Shown here: positions 40,434 to 53,002 of the stretch, piece by piece
Numbering within the stretch: position 1 is the stretch's first letter
Layout: every line of letters begins with the position of its first letter
Source: the human T2T-CHM13v2.0 reference genome, Homo sapiens
NCBI RefSeq assembly: GCF_009914755.1
Contig: NC_060927.1
Reading direction: 5' to 3' (one strand)
DNA length: 64,000 bases
The notes under the pieces: generated by a model
What the model saw: the letters and a program-made list of their open reading frames with translations, nothing else
Told to the model about the DNA's origin: nothing
Database searches by the model: none
Program-made: the position numbers and the translations under genes

Positions 40434-40495
40434 AGGTCTTACCCTGCTAGAGTGCAATGGCATGATCATGGCTCACTGCATCCTCAACCTCCCAG
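40432..40495 (-). mobile_element. AluJ-like 3' fragment
   Basis: gctagagtgcaatggcatgatcatggctcactgcatcctcaacctccc. Confidence 0.8.
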
Positions 40496-40496
40496 A

Positions 40497-41530
40497 ATTA
40501 ATGATTACTGATGTATTCGGCTTTATTTCTACCATTTCATTTTGTGTTTTCTATTTACTATTCTTTTCTTTCGCTTTCATTTTTTCCCCATTCCTACTTT
40601 CTGTTAAAGTGATACATTATTTTCTGCTGCTAATTTTAAAACTAAACATTAAGTTTCTACTGATTTAGTGCTTACTCTTAATTTTTACTTCCACATTTAA
40701 ATATAAAATTTTATAACAATTACTAAATATATTAAACATGCTTTTCACTTTTCCCAAACATTGAGTTATTTAGTGTAGTGATTATAAAACACCACTCTCC
40801 TGTTGACTTTTTATTCTCTAGTGTTTTAGTTTGACACATTCGAGTTGTTTTTGCTTTGTTTTGTTTCATTTTTTACTTACTATAAGCTATTAAATTTCGA
40901 AATGTATTTCAGTCAGTGTCTGTGTTCATTGCTCTCCCTTGTATCTCAAGCTTTCGCTCTGAATTCACTTTTCTTTTTATGGAAGTACACATTTTACCAG
41001 ATTTTTTAGTAAGTATGCATGGGTAGTAAGTTCTCTTGGACTATGTCTGAAAATGTTTTAATTTTTCTCTCATTCCTGAATTGTGTTTAATTGAAAATAA
41101 AATTATAATTTGTATTTTCTTTCATCATTCTGAATATATTATTTTATTGTTTTAAAGATATTTCTCTTTAATCTTTGTTAGTCTAAAGTTTTGCTATGAT
41201 TTGTCGAGGTGTAGATTACATTAATTATATGTCTTTATATTCAGAGGGAAGTTTTAATCTAATGACTCATATCCTTATTCAATTTGGGAAAAATTACATG
41301 TGTTTACTCTTCAAATACTGCTCTTCTGTTTGCTCTTCTGTTTACCATTCTCTTCTTCTGGGATTTCTACTGTGCATATATTGAAGTTTTTTCATCTCCC
41401 CTCCATGCCCCTTTTTTATTTCTTTCCTTCCTCCCTCCCTAGATCCCTTCTCTTTCTTCTTTCCTTTCCTTCTTTTTTTTTTTATCTCCTTGTCTCTCTG
41501 TACATTTTATTGGACAAATTACTCACCAGC
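40497..41530 (-). mobile_element. Old L1ME-type inter-ORF/ORF1 remnant
   Basis: tctaccatttcattttgtgttttctattt; tatgtctgaaaatgttttaatt; ctcttcaaatactgctc. Confidence 0.55.
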
Positions 41531-41609
41531 AATATTAGACAGTTCTAGTTGCTTTACATTTACCCCATTGTTAAGTATGGTCCAATGTAAAGTATTGCTA
41601 GCTTTTTAA

Positions 41610-41749
41610 TTTTTTTTTTTTTTTTTTTTTTTAGACATGGGGTTTTACCATGTTGGCTAGACTGGTCTCAAACTCCTGAGCTCAAGCTATCTGGCTGCCT
41701 CAGCCTCCTGAACTGGTGGGTCTACAGGCATAAGCTACCACACCTGGCC
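41610..41749 (-). mobile_element. Free left Alu monomer (FLAM_C-like)
   Basis: Poly-T plus a single monomer (ctcctgagctcaagc); TSD agctttttaattt / agcttttaaattt. Confidence 0.85.
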
Positions 41750-44700
41750 AGCTTTTAAATTTTAGTCTTTCTAGTAGGTGTGTATATTCATTGTGGTGTA
41801 AATTTGCATTTTTCTAATGACTAATTATGTTAGATACCTTTCGTTGGTCATTGACATATCTTTGTTGACAAGTGTCTTTTCAAATTTTTTGCCTATTTTA
41901 TATTGAGTTATTTGTCTTTTTATTATTGAGTTATAAGATTGCTTTTTCATTTTTATTTCTTTATACTCTGGTTATGAGCCTTTTTTAATGTAAGTTTTAT
42001 AAATATGTCCTAGTTTGTAGCTTGACTCTTCTTAATGGGGACTTAAAACCAGAAGACTTTCATTTTGTTGAAGACTTTTATTTGAATCAATTTTTTTTCT
42101 TCTATGATTAGTGTTTTTTAATGTCCTGCATAAGAAATCTGTGCCTATCTCAGTATCATGAAGATTTTTGTCTATGTTTTATTCTAGGTGTCTTTTAGTT
42201 TTAGGTTTTATATTAGGCCTGTGATTCATTTGAGTTAATTTTTATATACAATGTGAAATAAAAGTCAAGATTTATTTTCTCCAACAGAAGAGCCAGTTGT
42301 TCCAGCATAGTCTGTTGAAAAGACTTCTTTTCCCATTGAATTATCTCACCATTTCTGTCAAAAATCTATTGACTTCATATGTGTAAATCTATTTCTAGGG
42401 TCTTTTTTCTGTTCAGTTGATCTGCTTGTTTATTTTTGTGCTAATACAATACTCTCTTGGTTATTTTAACTTGATAGTAAGTCTTAAAACAAGGTAATAT
42501 AAATATATCTGCATGCCTACATTCATATATGTTTTAGACTCAGTTTGTCAATTTTTTTTTAAAGTTGCTGAGTTTGGAGGATTTTTTTGTTGAATCTGTA
42601 CATCAATGTGAGAGAATTGACATTTTAAAAAATTGAATCACCTGATTCATGAACATAATATATCTCTTTATTTATTTAGATCTTCTTTAATTTCCTTCAG
42701 CAATGCTTTATGGTTTTCAGTGTATAAATTTTTTAAAGATATCCCTAAGTATTTCATGTTTTTATCTATTATAAACAATATAGTTTTTATAGTTTCTATC
42801 TTTAATGATTTGGTTGCTAATATTTTTATATTAAATTTTAATCTATGACTTTGCTAAAACTATTTATTGGTCCTAGCAGTTTTTTGTGGATTTTTTAGAA
42901 TTTTTGCATACATGATCATGCCATTCTTGAATTGAGTTTTACATCTTTATTTCAAAAATATATGCTTTTTATCTTTTTTTCTTGCCTGTTGCACTGACTA
43001 GAACCTTCAGTAGTAGGAAAGCAAATGTCTTTGTCTTGTTCTTAATCTTGTGAGGAAAGTATTCATTCTTCTACCATGAAACATGATGTTAGCTCTAGGT
43101 TTTTAGTAGATGCTCTTTATCAAATTGAGAAAGCACCTTTTTATCTTAGTTTGCTAACAGATTTTAGCCTGAGTGAATGTTACATTTTGTCAAATGCTTT
43201 TTATAAATATGTATTGAAATAATTATATAAATTTTCTATTTTGTTCTCTTAATATGATGAATTATATTGGTTATTTTTGCATGTTCAGTTAAATTTGCAA
43301 TCCTCAAATAAATCCCTCTTAGTTATGATATATTGTCAATTTTATATGTTGCAATTCAATGTTAGCTACATTATTATATTTTAAAAATTGTTTCATCTAT
43401 GTTGCAACATAGATGAAAAATATTGACTAAAATTTTCTTTTCTTATAATGTCTTGGTCTAATTTTAGCGTCAGATTAATGTCGTTATCAAAAAAATGTTG
43501 AGAAGTCTTCTCTTGTATATTTTTAAAGTTTGTTTAAAGTAATACCATTTCTTTCTTAAATAGAGGGAATTTATCACTTGAAAGAACCTAGGTCTACTGG
43601 TTTTTTGTTGTGAAAAAAATTTAAATCATGAATGCAAATCCTTTAATAGGGCTTCTGGTATTTTCTAATTCTTCTTCTGTCCATTTTTGTAAACTGTGTC
43701 TTTCAAGGAAATTGTTTATTACATACAAGTTGTTGAATTTATTGACATTCTGATTTCTTATTATAATTTTAATGTCTATAGTATCTACAGTGTGTCTCCA
43801 CTTTCATTTTTGATAACTGGTAATATGTGTCTTCTCTCTTTTAATCTTGAACTTTGCAGTTAGAGTTTATACATTTTTTAAAATGTTTTCAGAGTACCAG
43901 CATTTGGTTTCATTGATATTCTCTATTGTTTGTTATCTGTTCCACTAGTTTTACTACCTTTTTTTTTTTTACCACATATCAGTAGCATTTAGAGATTTAA
44001 CTTTCTTTATTGCTTTCTTTTTCCACTCACTAAGGTCTTCTTTTTCTAGTTTGATTTGCTCTTCTTTTTCTAGTTGTTAGAGCAAAAGCTTAGAAGCTTC
44101 TATAGCTTCCGTTTTTCTACTGTAAGTATTCACTGATATAAATTTCTCTCAAAACACTGCTTTACCTATACCCTACCGATTTTGAAATGTTGTATAATAT
44201 CATTTCTTTTGTGACTTTTCTGACCCAGGAATTGTGGGAAAATGTGTTGTTTAAGTTCTAAATATTTCATGACCTTCCAGATATGTTTTTGTTATTCACT
44301 TTTATTTTAATTCTGCTATGAGCAGATAACATATTTTACGTGATTTCAACCCTTTAAAATTTGTTAAAGTTTGTTTTTTGGCCCAGAATGTGACCTATTT
44401 TGGTTAATGTTTCATTTGAATTTGAAAATAATATATATTCTGCTATTACTTGGTAAAATGTTCTTAAAATACAAATCAGTTGATTAGTAGTATTGTTCAA
44501 GTCATATATTTGATTTCTGATTTTTATCTGTGCTAGCAATTACTGAGAGGGAGTCTAAACCGTTCAAATATAATTTTGGAATTGTCTCTTTCTCCCTTTA
44601 CTTCCAAGAGTTCTTTGATCAGATATGCTAAAGATCTGTCATTAAGCGTATACATGTTTAAGCTTTCTATGTATTCTTGATGAATTGACCCTTTAATCAT

Positions 44701-45454
44701 TATAAAATCTCCCTATTTATTCTTTTAATCAAAGTGTGCAGTCCACTTATTGATATGGCTGGTCCTAAGTCTGCTGTATTGCTATTTGTTTTGCTTTGGT
44801 CCCATTTGTCTTTGTTATTATTTTGTGCTGTTATGATTTCTGGAGGATTAATTAGGGTCTTTGTGATTTCATTTTGTCCCTCTACTGGCTTATTAGCTGT
44901 AATGGTTTTAATTCTTAATGTTTTCTCTTTTGAAAAAAGTCAAAATATGCATGTTTAACTTTTCACAGTCTGCATGCAAGTATATTATACCATTTCATAT
45001 ATAATATAAGATCATTACAACAGTAATCTTCCACTTACCACTGCCTTGTCTTTTTTTGTGGTATTGTCATACACTTCCACATATGTTATAATCAATCTCC
45101 TTAATATATTGCTATTATTTTTGCTTTAGACATTACCTTATCTTTTAAAGAGATTTTAAAATTGAAAATGTCTTTCATATTACCCACATATTTTCTATTC
45201 CTGGCAGAACAGAAATTTCAGAACAGAAAATAGAAATTCATTCCTGGTAGAATGAAATTTTCTACCAGGAATAGAAAATATGTGGGTAATATAAAAGATA
45301 TTTTCATTAAAATTTTTCCTTTAATATTTTCACACTGCTCATGTAATAGTTGGTAATGCTGGTATCAATACTCTCACCTTTGATTTTTGAAATATGTCTT
45401 TATTTTACCTCCTTTTTAAAAGATAGATTTGCTTTATATAGAATTCTAGGTTGA

Positions 45455-46019
45455 TGTTATGGATTGAATGTTTATGTCAGCACCCTTCCTCCACTCCGCC
45501 CCACACACAAATTACCTATGTTGAAGCACTAACCCCTAGTGTGGCTACACTGGCAGATGTGTCCTTTAAGGAAGTAATCAGGATTAAATGAGATCATAGG
45601 GTGGGGGCCCTGTTCTAATAGGATTAGTGCCCTAATAAGAAGAGACACCAGAGTATTCTCTGTCTTTTTTCCTCTCTCTCTCTCTGTCTCTCTCATTTTC
45701 TCTCACTCTCTCTACTTCATTCCCTCTCTCTCTCTTTCTCTGTCTCTCTCATTTTCTCTCATTCTACCTCATTCTCTCCCTCTCTCTTTCTCTGCCTCTC
45801 TCTCTCCCACCATGCATATGCACTGAGGAAAGGCCATGTGAGGACCTTATTAGAAGGCAGCCATCTACAAGCCAAGGACAAAGACCTCACCAAAAATCTA
45901 AGCAGCTGGCATCTTGATTGGAGACTTCTAGCCTCCAGAACTATGACAACATGAATCTCTGTTATTTAAATCACGCAATCTATGGTATTTTGTTATGGAA
46001 GCCTAAGCTAACTAATACA
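45455..46019 (+). mobile_element. MLT1A-type MaLR solo LTR with expanded CT tract
   Basis: TG...CA ends; perfect 5-bp TSD gttga (45450-45454, 46020-46024); gaggaaaggccatgtgaggac, gcctccagaact. Confidence 0.92.
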
Positions 46020-46586
46020 GTTGATCTTTCTCTTTTGTATACATTGTAAATGTGTTTTCCCTTTTCTTTTTGCTTGCATTATTTCTAATGAGAAAACATT
46101 TGTCATTCTTATCTTTGTCCCCCTGTATATCATGAGCATATTTTCTCTGGCTTCTTTCCAGATTTTTCTCTTTATCATTGGTTTCTGGAAATTTTATTAT
46201 GTTGTCTCTGTGTGTGATTTCATTTGTGTTTATCATGCTTGGAATGTATTGATCTCTTTCAAATATAGATTTATAGTTTTTAATTTGTGAGTTTTTAACA
46301 AGTTTTCTTCAAGTATTTTCTGCATCTTTTCTCCATACTTTTTTCCATCCACATGGGTTAAGTGGCTTGATATTTTCCCATAGGTCATTGAAGTTCTACA
46401 CCTTTGTTTGCCAGCTATTTCCCTCTCTGTGCCTCAATCTGGAGAGCTACTACTGCCCCACACTTCAAGTTCACTGATATTTCTTCTGCAGTGTCTAATA
46501 AGCTGTTACGCTCATCCAGTAAATTTTTCATTTCAAATTTTATATTTTTTAACCCATGAGTTGATTAAATTTTTCAAAAATATTTT

Positions 46587-46974
46587 TATATTAATTTGGT
46601 AGGGCTGCCATAACAAATACCGCAGACTGGGCGGCTAAACAACAGCAATTTATTTCCTCACATTTCTGGAGGCTACAAGTTCAAGATCAAGACGTCAGCA
46701 TGGTTGATTTCTTCTGAGGCCCCTCTCCTTGGCTTGTAGATGGCCGCCTTCTCCCTGTGTCTTCAGAGGGTCTTCACTCTATGTACCTGGGTTCTAATTG
46801 CCTCTTCTTATGAGGACACCAGTTATATTGCATTCGAGCCCACCCCAAATACCTCATTTAACCTTAACTACCTCTTTGAAGACTCTGTCTCCGAATACAG
46901 TTACATCCTGAGGTACAGGAGGTTAGGACTTCAGCATACAAATACTCAAGGGACATGATTCAGCCCAAACAACA
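46587..46974 (-). mobile_element. MLT1B-like MaLR solo LTR
   Basis: agggctgccataacaaataccgcagactgg...ccttggcttgtagatggcc...ggttaggacttcagcata. Confidence 0.9.
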
Positions 46975-47169
46975 TTCCATTTCACTTTTCACTATTTTTG
47001 TATTTTCGTATTTTGATTTAAATCTTTGTGCATACTTATAATAGCATTTTTGATACCTTTGTCTGCTAATTTCATCACCTCTGTCACTTCTGGGTCTATT
47101 TCTGTTATCTGATTATTTTTTTCCTGGTTATGGATCACATCTACTGTTTCTTTGCCTGTGGAGTAATTT

Positions 47170-47338
47170 TTTCTTTTTTTTTTCATTCAACTCTTATTTT
47201 AAGTTCAGGGGTACATGTGCAGGATGTGCAGGTTTGCTACACAGGTAAACATGCGCTATGATGGTTTGCTGCACAGATCATTTCCTCACCCAGGTATTAA
47301 GCCCAGCATCCATTAGCTATTCTTCCTGATGCTCTCCT
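47170..47338 (-). mobile_element. L1PA (PA11/PA13-like) short 3' end
   Basis: ttttaagttcaggggtacatgtgcaggatgtgcagg; degenerate TSD cctgtggagtaatttt / cctgtacagtaatttt. Confidence 0.9.
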
Positions 47339-48726
47339 TACCTGTACAGTAATTTTAAATGACTACACAAACTTTTTCTTTGTCATCTCAAGTGTCTGGA
47401 TTTTGTTCAGTGTCTGGATATTGTTTTCTTCCTTTAAAGAGTGTTGAATTTTGTTTTGTCAGTCAGTTCAGCCACTTGCAGATAAGCCTGATCCTTTTAA
47501 GGATTACATTTAGGCTTTTCTAGGACAGATCTAGAGTAACCTTTGTTATAGAGCTATTTGGGCCCTAGAGCTAAGGAGTAACCTTCTTGAAGTCATTATT
47601 AATAAACTGGGTGTGTGAAGAAATCTCTTTGCTCTGTCTGTTTCCACTTAAACATTTCCTAGCCCCTGGTTGAGCTCCCTTGCAGTTGTTCTTTCCCTAG
47701 TAATTTTTCTTTGTCCATCCTCATGGATTCTCCTTCTGTGAGTATGCAGCTTATTCAGCCAGACTCAAAGGAACCCATGTACAGATCTCTGGAGCTCTTT
47801 CTCTGCACAGCTCTTATCTCTCTAATACTCTCCTCTGAAAATTCCAGCTGCTTCAAACCCCTGAAACTTTGATTTCTGTCTTCAAATCAGTGAGATGGCT
47901 CTGCTCCTCCTCCCGAGTTTCCCATTTCTGTGCTGCAAAATTTAAGAAATCCAATGCAGTCATCAAGCAAATGTCATTTGCTTCCTCCTCTCAGAGATCA
48001 TAGACCCATGTTGCCCTATTGTCTAATATCTGAGAACAATTATTTCATATATTTTGTTCAGTTTCCTGTTTTATAGAAGAAGGTGAGTCCAGTACCAGTT
48101 ACTCAATTATAGATTAGTCAATGACTGTGTAATGAAGTCAATGACTATGTTTTTATTTCACTTGATACAGAACAATCCTGCTCTTGGAATGTTCATTATT
48201 CCAATTGGTAACAAATTGATTTTTATGATGTTTAAGGATGATTTGCTATACTAAATAATTTGCTTATCAACTAGAAAATAAGTTACAGGCATTACTATAA
48301 ACCTGTGAATCACCCATTGTTCCAATGTGGGTGAAAATTAGCAACCCTGAATGAAAATGGCCTAATAAGTTAATCTAGTTAGAGGCTTATTTGTCCTGCT
48401 CACCAACGCTAGGGAAGTGAGGAGGACTGCTGACTGACAGGTTTTCTATACGTCAGCTCTCAGTATTTAACACTACATCATTGTGGCTTGATGTGGAATG
48501 GCATAAGCACCACCAAAATATTACAAAATGGCACAAGCTACAATGATAATAACTTTTCCCAGTTTATCTCCCAAAGTAAAATAGTATAAGGAAACCAAAG
48601 TTTGCTTTTAGTCTTCACCCAGTGGAGACCTTTGGGATAAAGCAATTTAAAAGTTTATCATACTAAGTGTTTGAGAAGTGTACAGAAAAAAAAATCTATT
48701 CTAACATTCATAAAAGATAAAAAGTT

Positions 48727-49021
48727 GGCCAGGCGCAGTGGCTCAAGCCTGTAATCCCAGCACTTTGGGAGGCTGAGGCGGGCGGATCACGAGGTCAGGA
48801 GATTGAGACCATCCTGGCTAACACGAAACCCCACCTCTACTAAAAATATAAAAAAAAATTAGCCCGGCGTGGTGGCAGGCGCCTGTGGTCCCAGCTACTT
48901 GGGAGGCTGAGGCAGGAGAATGGTGTGAACTCGGGAGGCAGAGCTTGCAGTGAGCTGAGATCGCATCACTGCCCTACAGCCTGGGCGACAGTGTGAGACT
49001 CCGTCTCAAAAAAAAAAAAAA
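48727..49021 (+). mobile_element. AluY
   Basis: gagaccatcctggctaacac, gagaatggtgtgaac and gagcttgcagtgag diagnostics; aaaaagtt on both flanks. Confidence 0.95.
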
Positions 49022-49519
49022 AAGTTACCAAAACTAGTACATAAGAACATAAGATTTCTTTGGTCTTAATGAGTAAGTCCTAATGGAAACAGAGTCACTA
49101 ATACTGGCAGTCACCCTGCCAGTATTAGTGGTGTATGTGTGTTTGTATGTATGTGTGTTAAGCCTGCTAATAATGAACAAATACCAAGCAATGTCTCCAC
49201 TGTGACTAGCATGGCTCACTAGCACATGACTAACAGTAACTCCTTAAAATCTTTCAACCTTCACTTGTTTAACACTATGAGAAACTTTTATCATCCTCAT
49301 ATTTCAACATCTCTGCAAAGAGTTGTCCATATAAGATCAGAATAAGAAGAAAATGATCAGAGGAAAAGCAAAGATGAAATATGGTATTGGTAAGAAGCAA
49401 AAAGAATAATGAAACATTTGTAGAGATGCTATTTGCTCTCTGTTTTTGAAAAAGTCTGAAAGCCAAAGCTAATTGGATTAGTGTAAAAGATGAACCACCA
49501 TTTGGGGAAGACTGATAAA

Positions 49520-49632
49520 ATAAGGCTCAGATTACCTGGATTTCAAAGGCTGGCTCTACATTTAATATTTGTGTAATCTTGGCTGAATCACTTAACTTTG
49601 CTGAAATCCTGTTTCTTTATAAAATGACAAAG
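49520..49632 (+). mobile_element. MIR fragment
   Basis: acctggatttcaaaggctggctctac...tgtgtaatcttggctgaatcacttaac. Confidence 0.6.
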
Positions 49633-49635
49633 TGT

Positions 49636-49828
49636 TAATGATTTTCAAACTGCTCTACGGAGGCCTAGGAGTTTTTTGGGAGCAATTTTTTGGAGTTCAG
49701 TAGGAAGGGGTGATGAAGTTAAGAGGAAGGCCCTACTCATCCTCAACTTCAACCAAAGGAGCTCTACTTTCTCATGCATTGGGCTTCCAAATATAATTTT
49801 TGTTTCCAAAAGTATTTTGAAACCACTA
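49636..49828 (+). mobile_element. hAT-Charlie MITE (MER117-like)
   Basis: Imperfect TIRs taatgattttcaaac / ttttgaaaccacta; internal cggaggcctagg and gggcttcca. Confidence 0.5.
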
Positions 49829-50091
49829 AACTGGCAAAGGTAAAGAAAAAAAATCAGCATGGTATTTCGTATCTGGATTGAAGAAGAGCTATCATAGTGC
49901 AACAGTAGAAAATCTAGATGAGCTCAACATGTGAATGTCAAGAATTTCCGCTATATGAAGATGCTGAGATGGAGACATCTTGCTGAGCTCCAGCTGAGAC
50001 ACAGGGATGGCTCTAGTAATCAGACAGTGCTGGGAGAGGGAGCTAGCTAGGATGCAAGAAATGAAAGCCGCCCTGGGAAACTTTTCTGTTT

Positions 50092-50805
50092 AAACATTTT
50101 AAATTTTGTAATAATGCGGAAATAAATTACTGTAAGAGTCAAATAATATAGAAATATGTAAAATGTAAAATTTTCTCTTTATCTGCCCATCCCACAATAC
50201 CACTCTTTTCACCATAGGTAACCACTATTTTCATTGAGTCTGTGCTTTCACAAAGCTTTTTTTCTGTGCATATGTATTTTATATATGTATATACACACAT
50301 TAATCTTTTTTAAAAAATAAATGAAACCATATGCATTGCTGTGCAATTTGCTTTATTTACTTCTTAATATGTCTGGGAAATTTTTTGTATCAGTACACGT
50401 CTATCTGTCTTATTCTTTCTAAAAGAATTTTATTGTATTTCATAATATATACAAACCATATTCATTTAATGATTCCCAAATGAATGGACTTTATGATTGT
50501 TTCCAGTTTTTCATTACTATAAACAATGAACATCACTGTACATAGATCTTTATGTACAAATGTGAATTCTTCTGTAGGAAGAATTATTAGAAGTGGAATT
50601 ACAATGTTTAAGAGTGTGAAAAAAATTTAACTGTATCTATTTACACAAACACCAATAGGGTATTTCTATACATATTTTCCAACAATTAAATTGTCTTAAT
50701 TTTTATCAAATTGATAAAGAAAATCTTGGTATTTTAATTTGTATACCTCTGATTACTAGTGATATTGATAATTATTTTATCTATTTGTTGACCATTTATG
50801 TTTGC
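50092..50805 (-). mobile_element. L1ME-type 3' end
   Basis: aggtaaccactatt...gattgtttccagtttttcattactataaacaatg...tagaagtggaatt. Confidence 0.8.
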
Positions 50806-50811
50806 ATTAGT

Positions 50812-51030
50812 TAAAGAGAGCACTAACTATGGGAAAGTAAAGACTAGGTTTGGTGCTACATTTATAATTAGGTTTGCAGACTTTGATAAACTAAACTCAC
50901 CTTTTTGATCCTCATTTCTTAATCTGACAGAAATAATAATTCTAGCTCTACCTTACTTTAGAAAGTTATTGTGTTTATTAAAATAATGGATGGAAAAGCA
51001 AATATAAAACCCTAAAATTCTAGAAATGGG
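50812..51030 (+). mobile_element. MIR SINE
   Basis: aaagagagcacta...agactaggtt...cctcatttcttaatctg...gttattgtg...ggatggaaaagca. Confidence 0.55.
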
Positions 51031-53002
51031 ATTTCTTTTAGTTTTAAAAATGTGCAACATTGTTGAGCAATTCTGTAACTAGGAGTTTTCTAAACAAAAG
51101 GTGGTTGATATGTGCAGCTACTCATTTACAGACCAACTGTAGTGTCTCCTCAGAAAAGTTTGTGAGCAGAGTAGAAGGCAAAGATACTTGTTCAGGTCCA
51201 AAATTGCTCCCCATCCCCACCTGGCCTGGATAAACACAGGAGAAAGCTTTCTCCTTATGAGATTTCTAATCTAAGTTTGGAGTTTCAAGGAGTAAGGGTG
51301 GGGGTGGATACCCTCCCACTTCTTTGGTTCATCCATCAGCAACAACAATGCCATCTGGTTACCGGGGACCAGTGAGGCATAAAAACCCCAGAAAAGCAGC
51401 TGTCTTCTCCTTTACCTGTGTCAGAATTACTAATTAAATGACAAATTTGCCTTTAGCCATAAATGAAATTTTGTGCTGCTGAAACTAGCACAGCTCTTAC
51501 TCTTAATTAACTATACTTTTTTGTAACTACAATGCTTCCCTTAAAAGAAATGTGTACCTCAATTAAACAAGGATGAAAATTCCTATCTGACTCTCTTTTT
51601 TCTTTCTTTAGGATGATGTATGCAGTAATTAGTATAAACTTTTAAATGTCATCCTGCCTTCATGTTTTACCCTGAGGTAAAACCAAATTGCCTGTTTACG
51701 CTGCTTCCTTTCCCCAGTTTGGGTTTCTAAGATTGCACATGACAGAATTTTCATTTCCATTTTTTGTTCCACCAGTTCAAATTGCCAGCATATCACATAT
51801 ACCTGGATGTGAAGGTGGTATGACTGAGACCTTAGTCATATGACCCTTCACAAACTTTGTAAAATTTCATATAAATATAAATAGGCTATCTCATACTCCC
51901 AAAAAGTCAGCACTAAGATTAGTGGAATTCATTGGTAAACCAGGAATTACAAAATCTGAATTGGATTAGATTTTAGATAATTTCTACAATCAACAATTCT
52001 ACCGAACAATCTAAATATTTTTGGTAACTCATATGCAAAAAAGAGCAATATATTTTTCAGTGTCCAGCACAAATAAAATTATTTCCCAAATGTCAACTTC
52101 TTCGTGTGTAGCAAACTCTTTCACCTCATGCTCCAGGTCGCAACTCTGGTTTTTCTTACACCTTAATGGAAAGTTAACAGAGTCATGAAAACCGTGAAAA
52201 TAATATCTCCTTCACTCAAGGTTTTCTCCTTCATTGTAATAATTTTGGGTAAACATGTAACCTTTGGATGCCCAAAATCAGAAGGATGCCCTCAAATTAT
52301 GATATCTTTTGTTATTGCCTTGAAGACCTTTTCTATTTGGCAACTTCCCTCAAGGCAAGATTAATTTTGATCAGACTGTACATTTTGTGATGTAACCCAA
52401 ATCCCTAGAGTCAGCAAGGCACTTTCCTCCCTGTGTTTTGTGTTATATAATTATTGAGCACTGTATTTTCCCTTGAAAGAGCAATGTTGCGACCCTTTTA
52501 AACATACTGCATCTACAGGCAGTGGATACCAATTCAATGCAACCATCGCTTATTGAGCTTTGGTTATGATAAAAAGTCCTGGGCTAGTCAGTTGAAGGGG
52601 ATAAATATGAGTACTTTACCCACTTCAGTAACTTTATTATATAACAAAAGAGCTGTCCTGCCATATATATATTAAAAAAAAAACAAGTGTAAGACAAAAT
52701 GCAGAATTTTCCTTAAGATGGGTGCTAACAAGATGCACAGCGTAAGAAAGTCATCTGATCACCTACTGGATCCCCTGGAACTACTGGGTTATCCTCTGCA
52801 AACACCAGTTAGTGCTTGGGCAGTCTCTACCTCTTTGCTCAAGTCTCTTTTATTTCACTTCTATGGCTCAGCCTCTAAGTTCACCTCAGTACCATTGAGA
52901 GTGGGGAGTGTTTAATGGTGTTTTAGAGAAAATGTCAGTAAGAAGATTCATTTTCAGCTAGCACTCCCAACAGGAAGCAAATCATTAAACCAAAAAGACT
53001 TA

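Larger units (their letters stand above)
41545..48110 (-). mobile_element. Long old L1M (ORF2, ORF1 and 5' region) with nested FLAM, two MLT1 LTRs and an L1PA fragment
   Basis: Colinear antisense L1; ORF 44354 (LTKIGHILGQKTNFNKF, endonuclease) and ORF 46012 (IIKFPETNDKEKNL, ORF1-like); heavily frameshifted. Confidence 0.85.
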
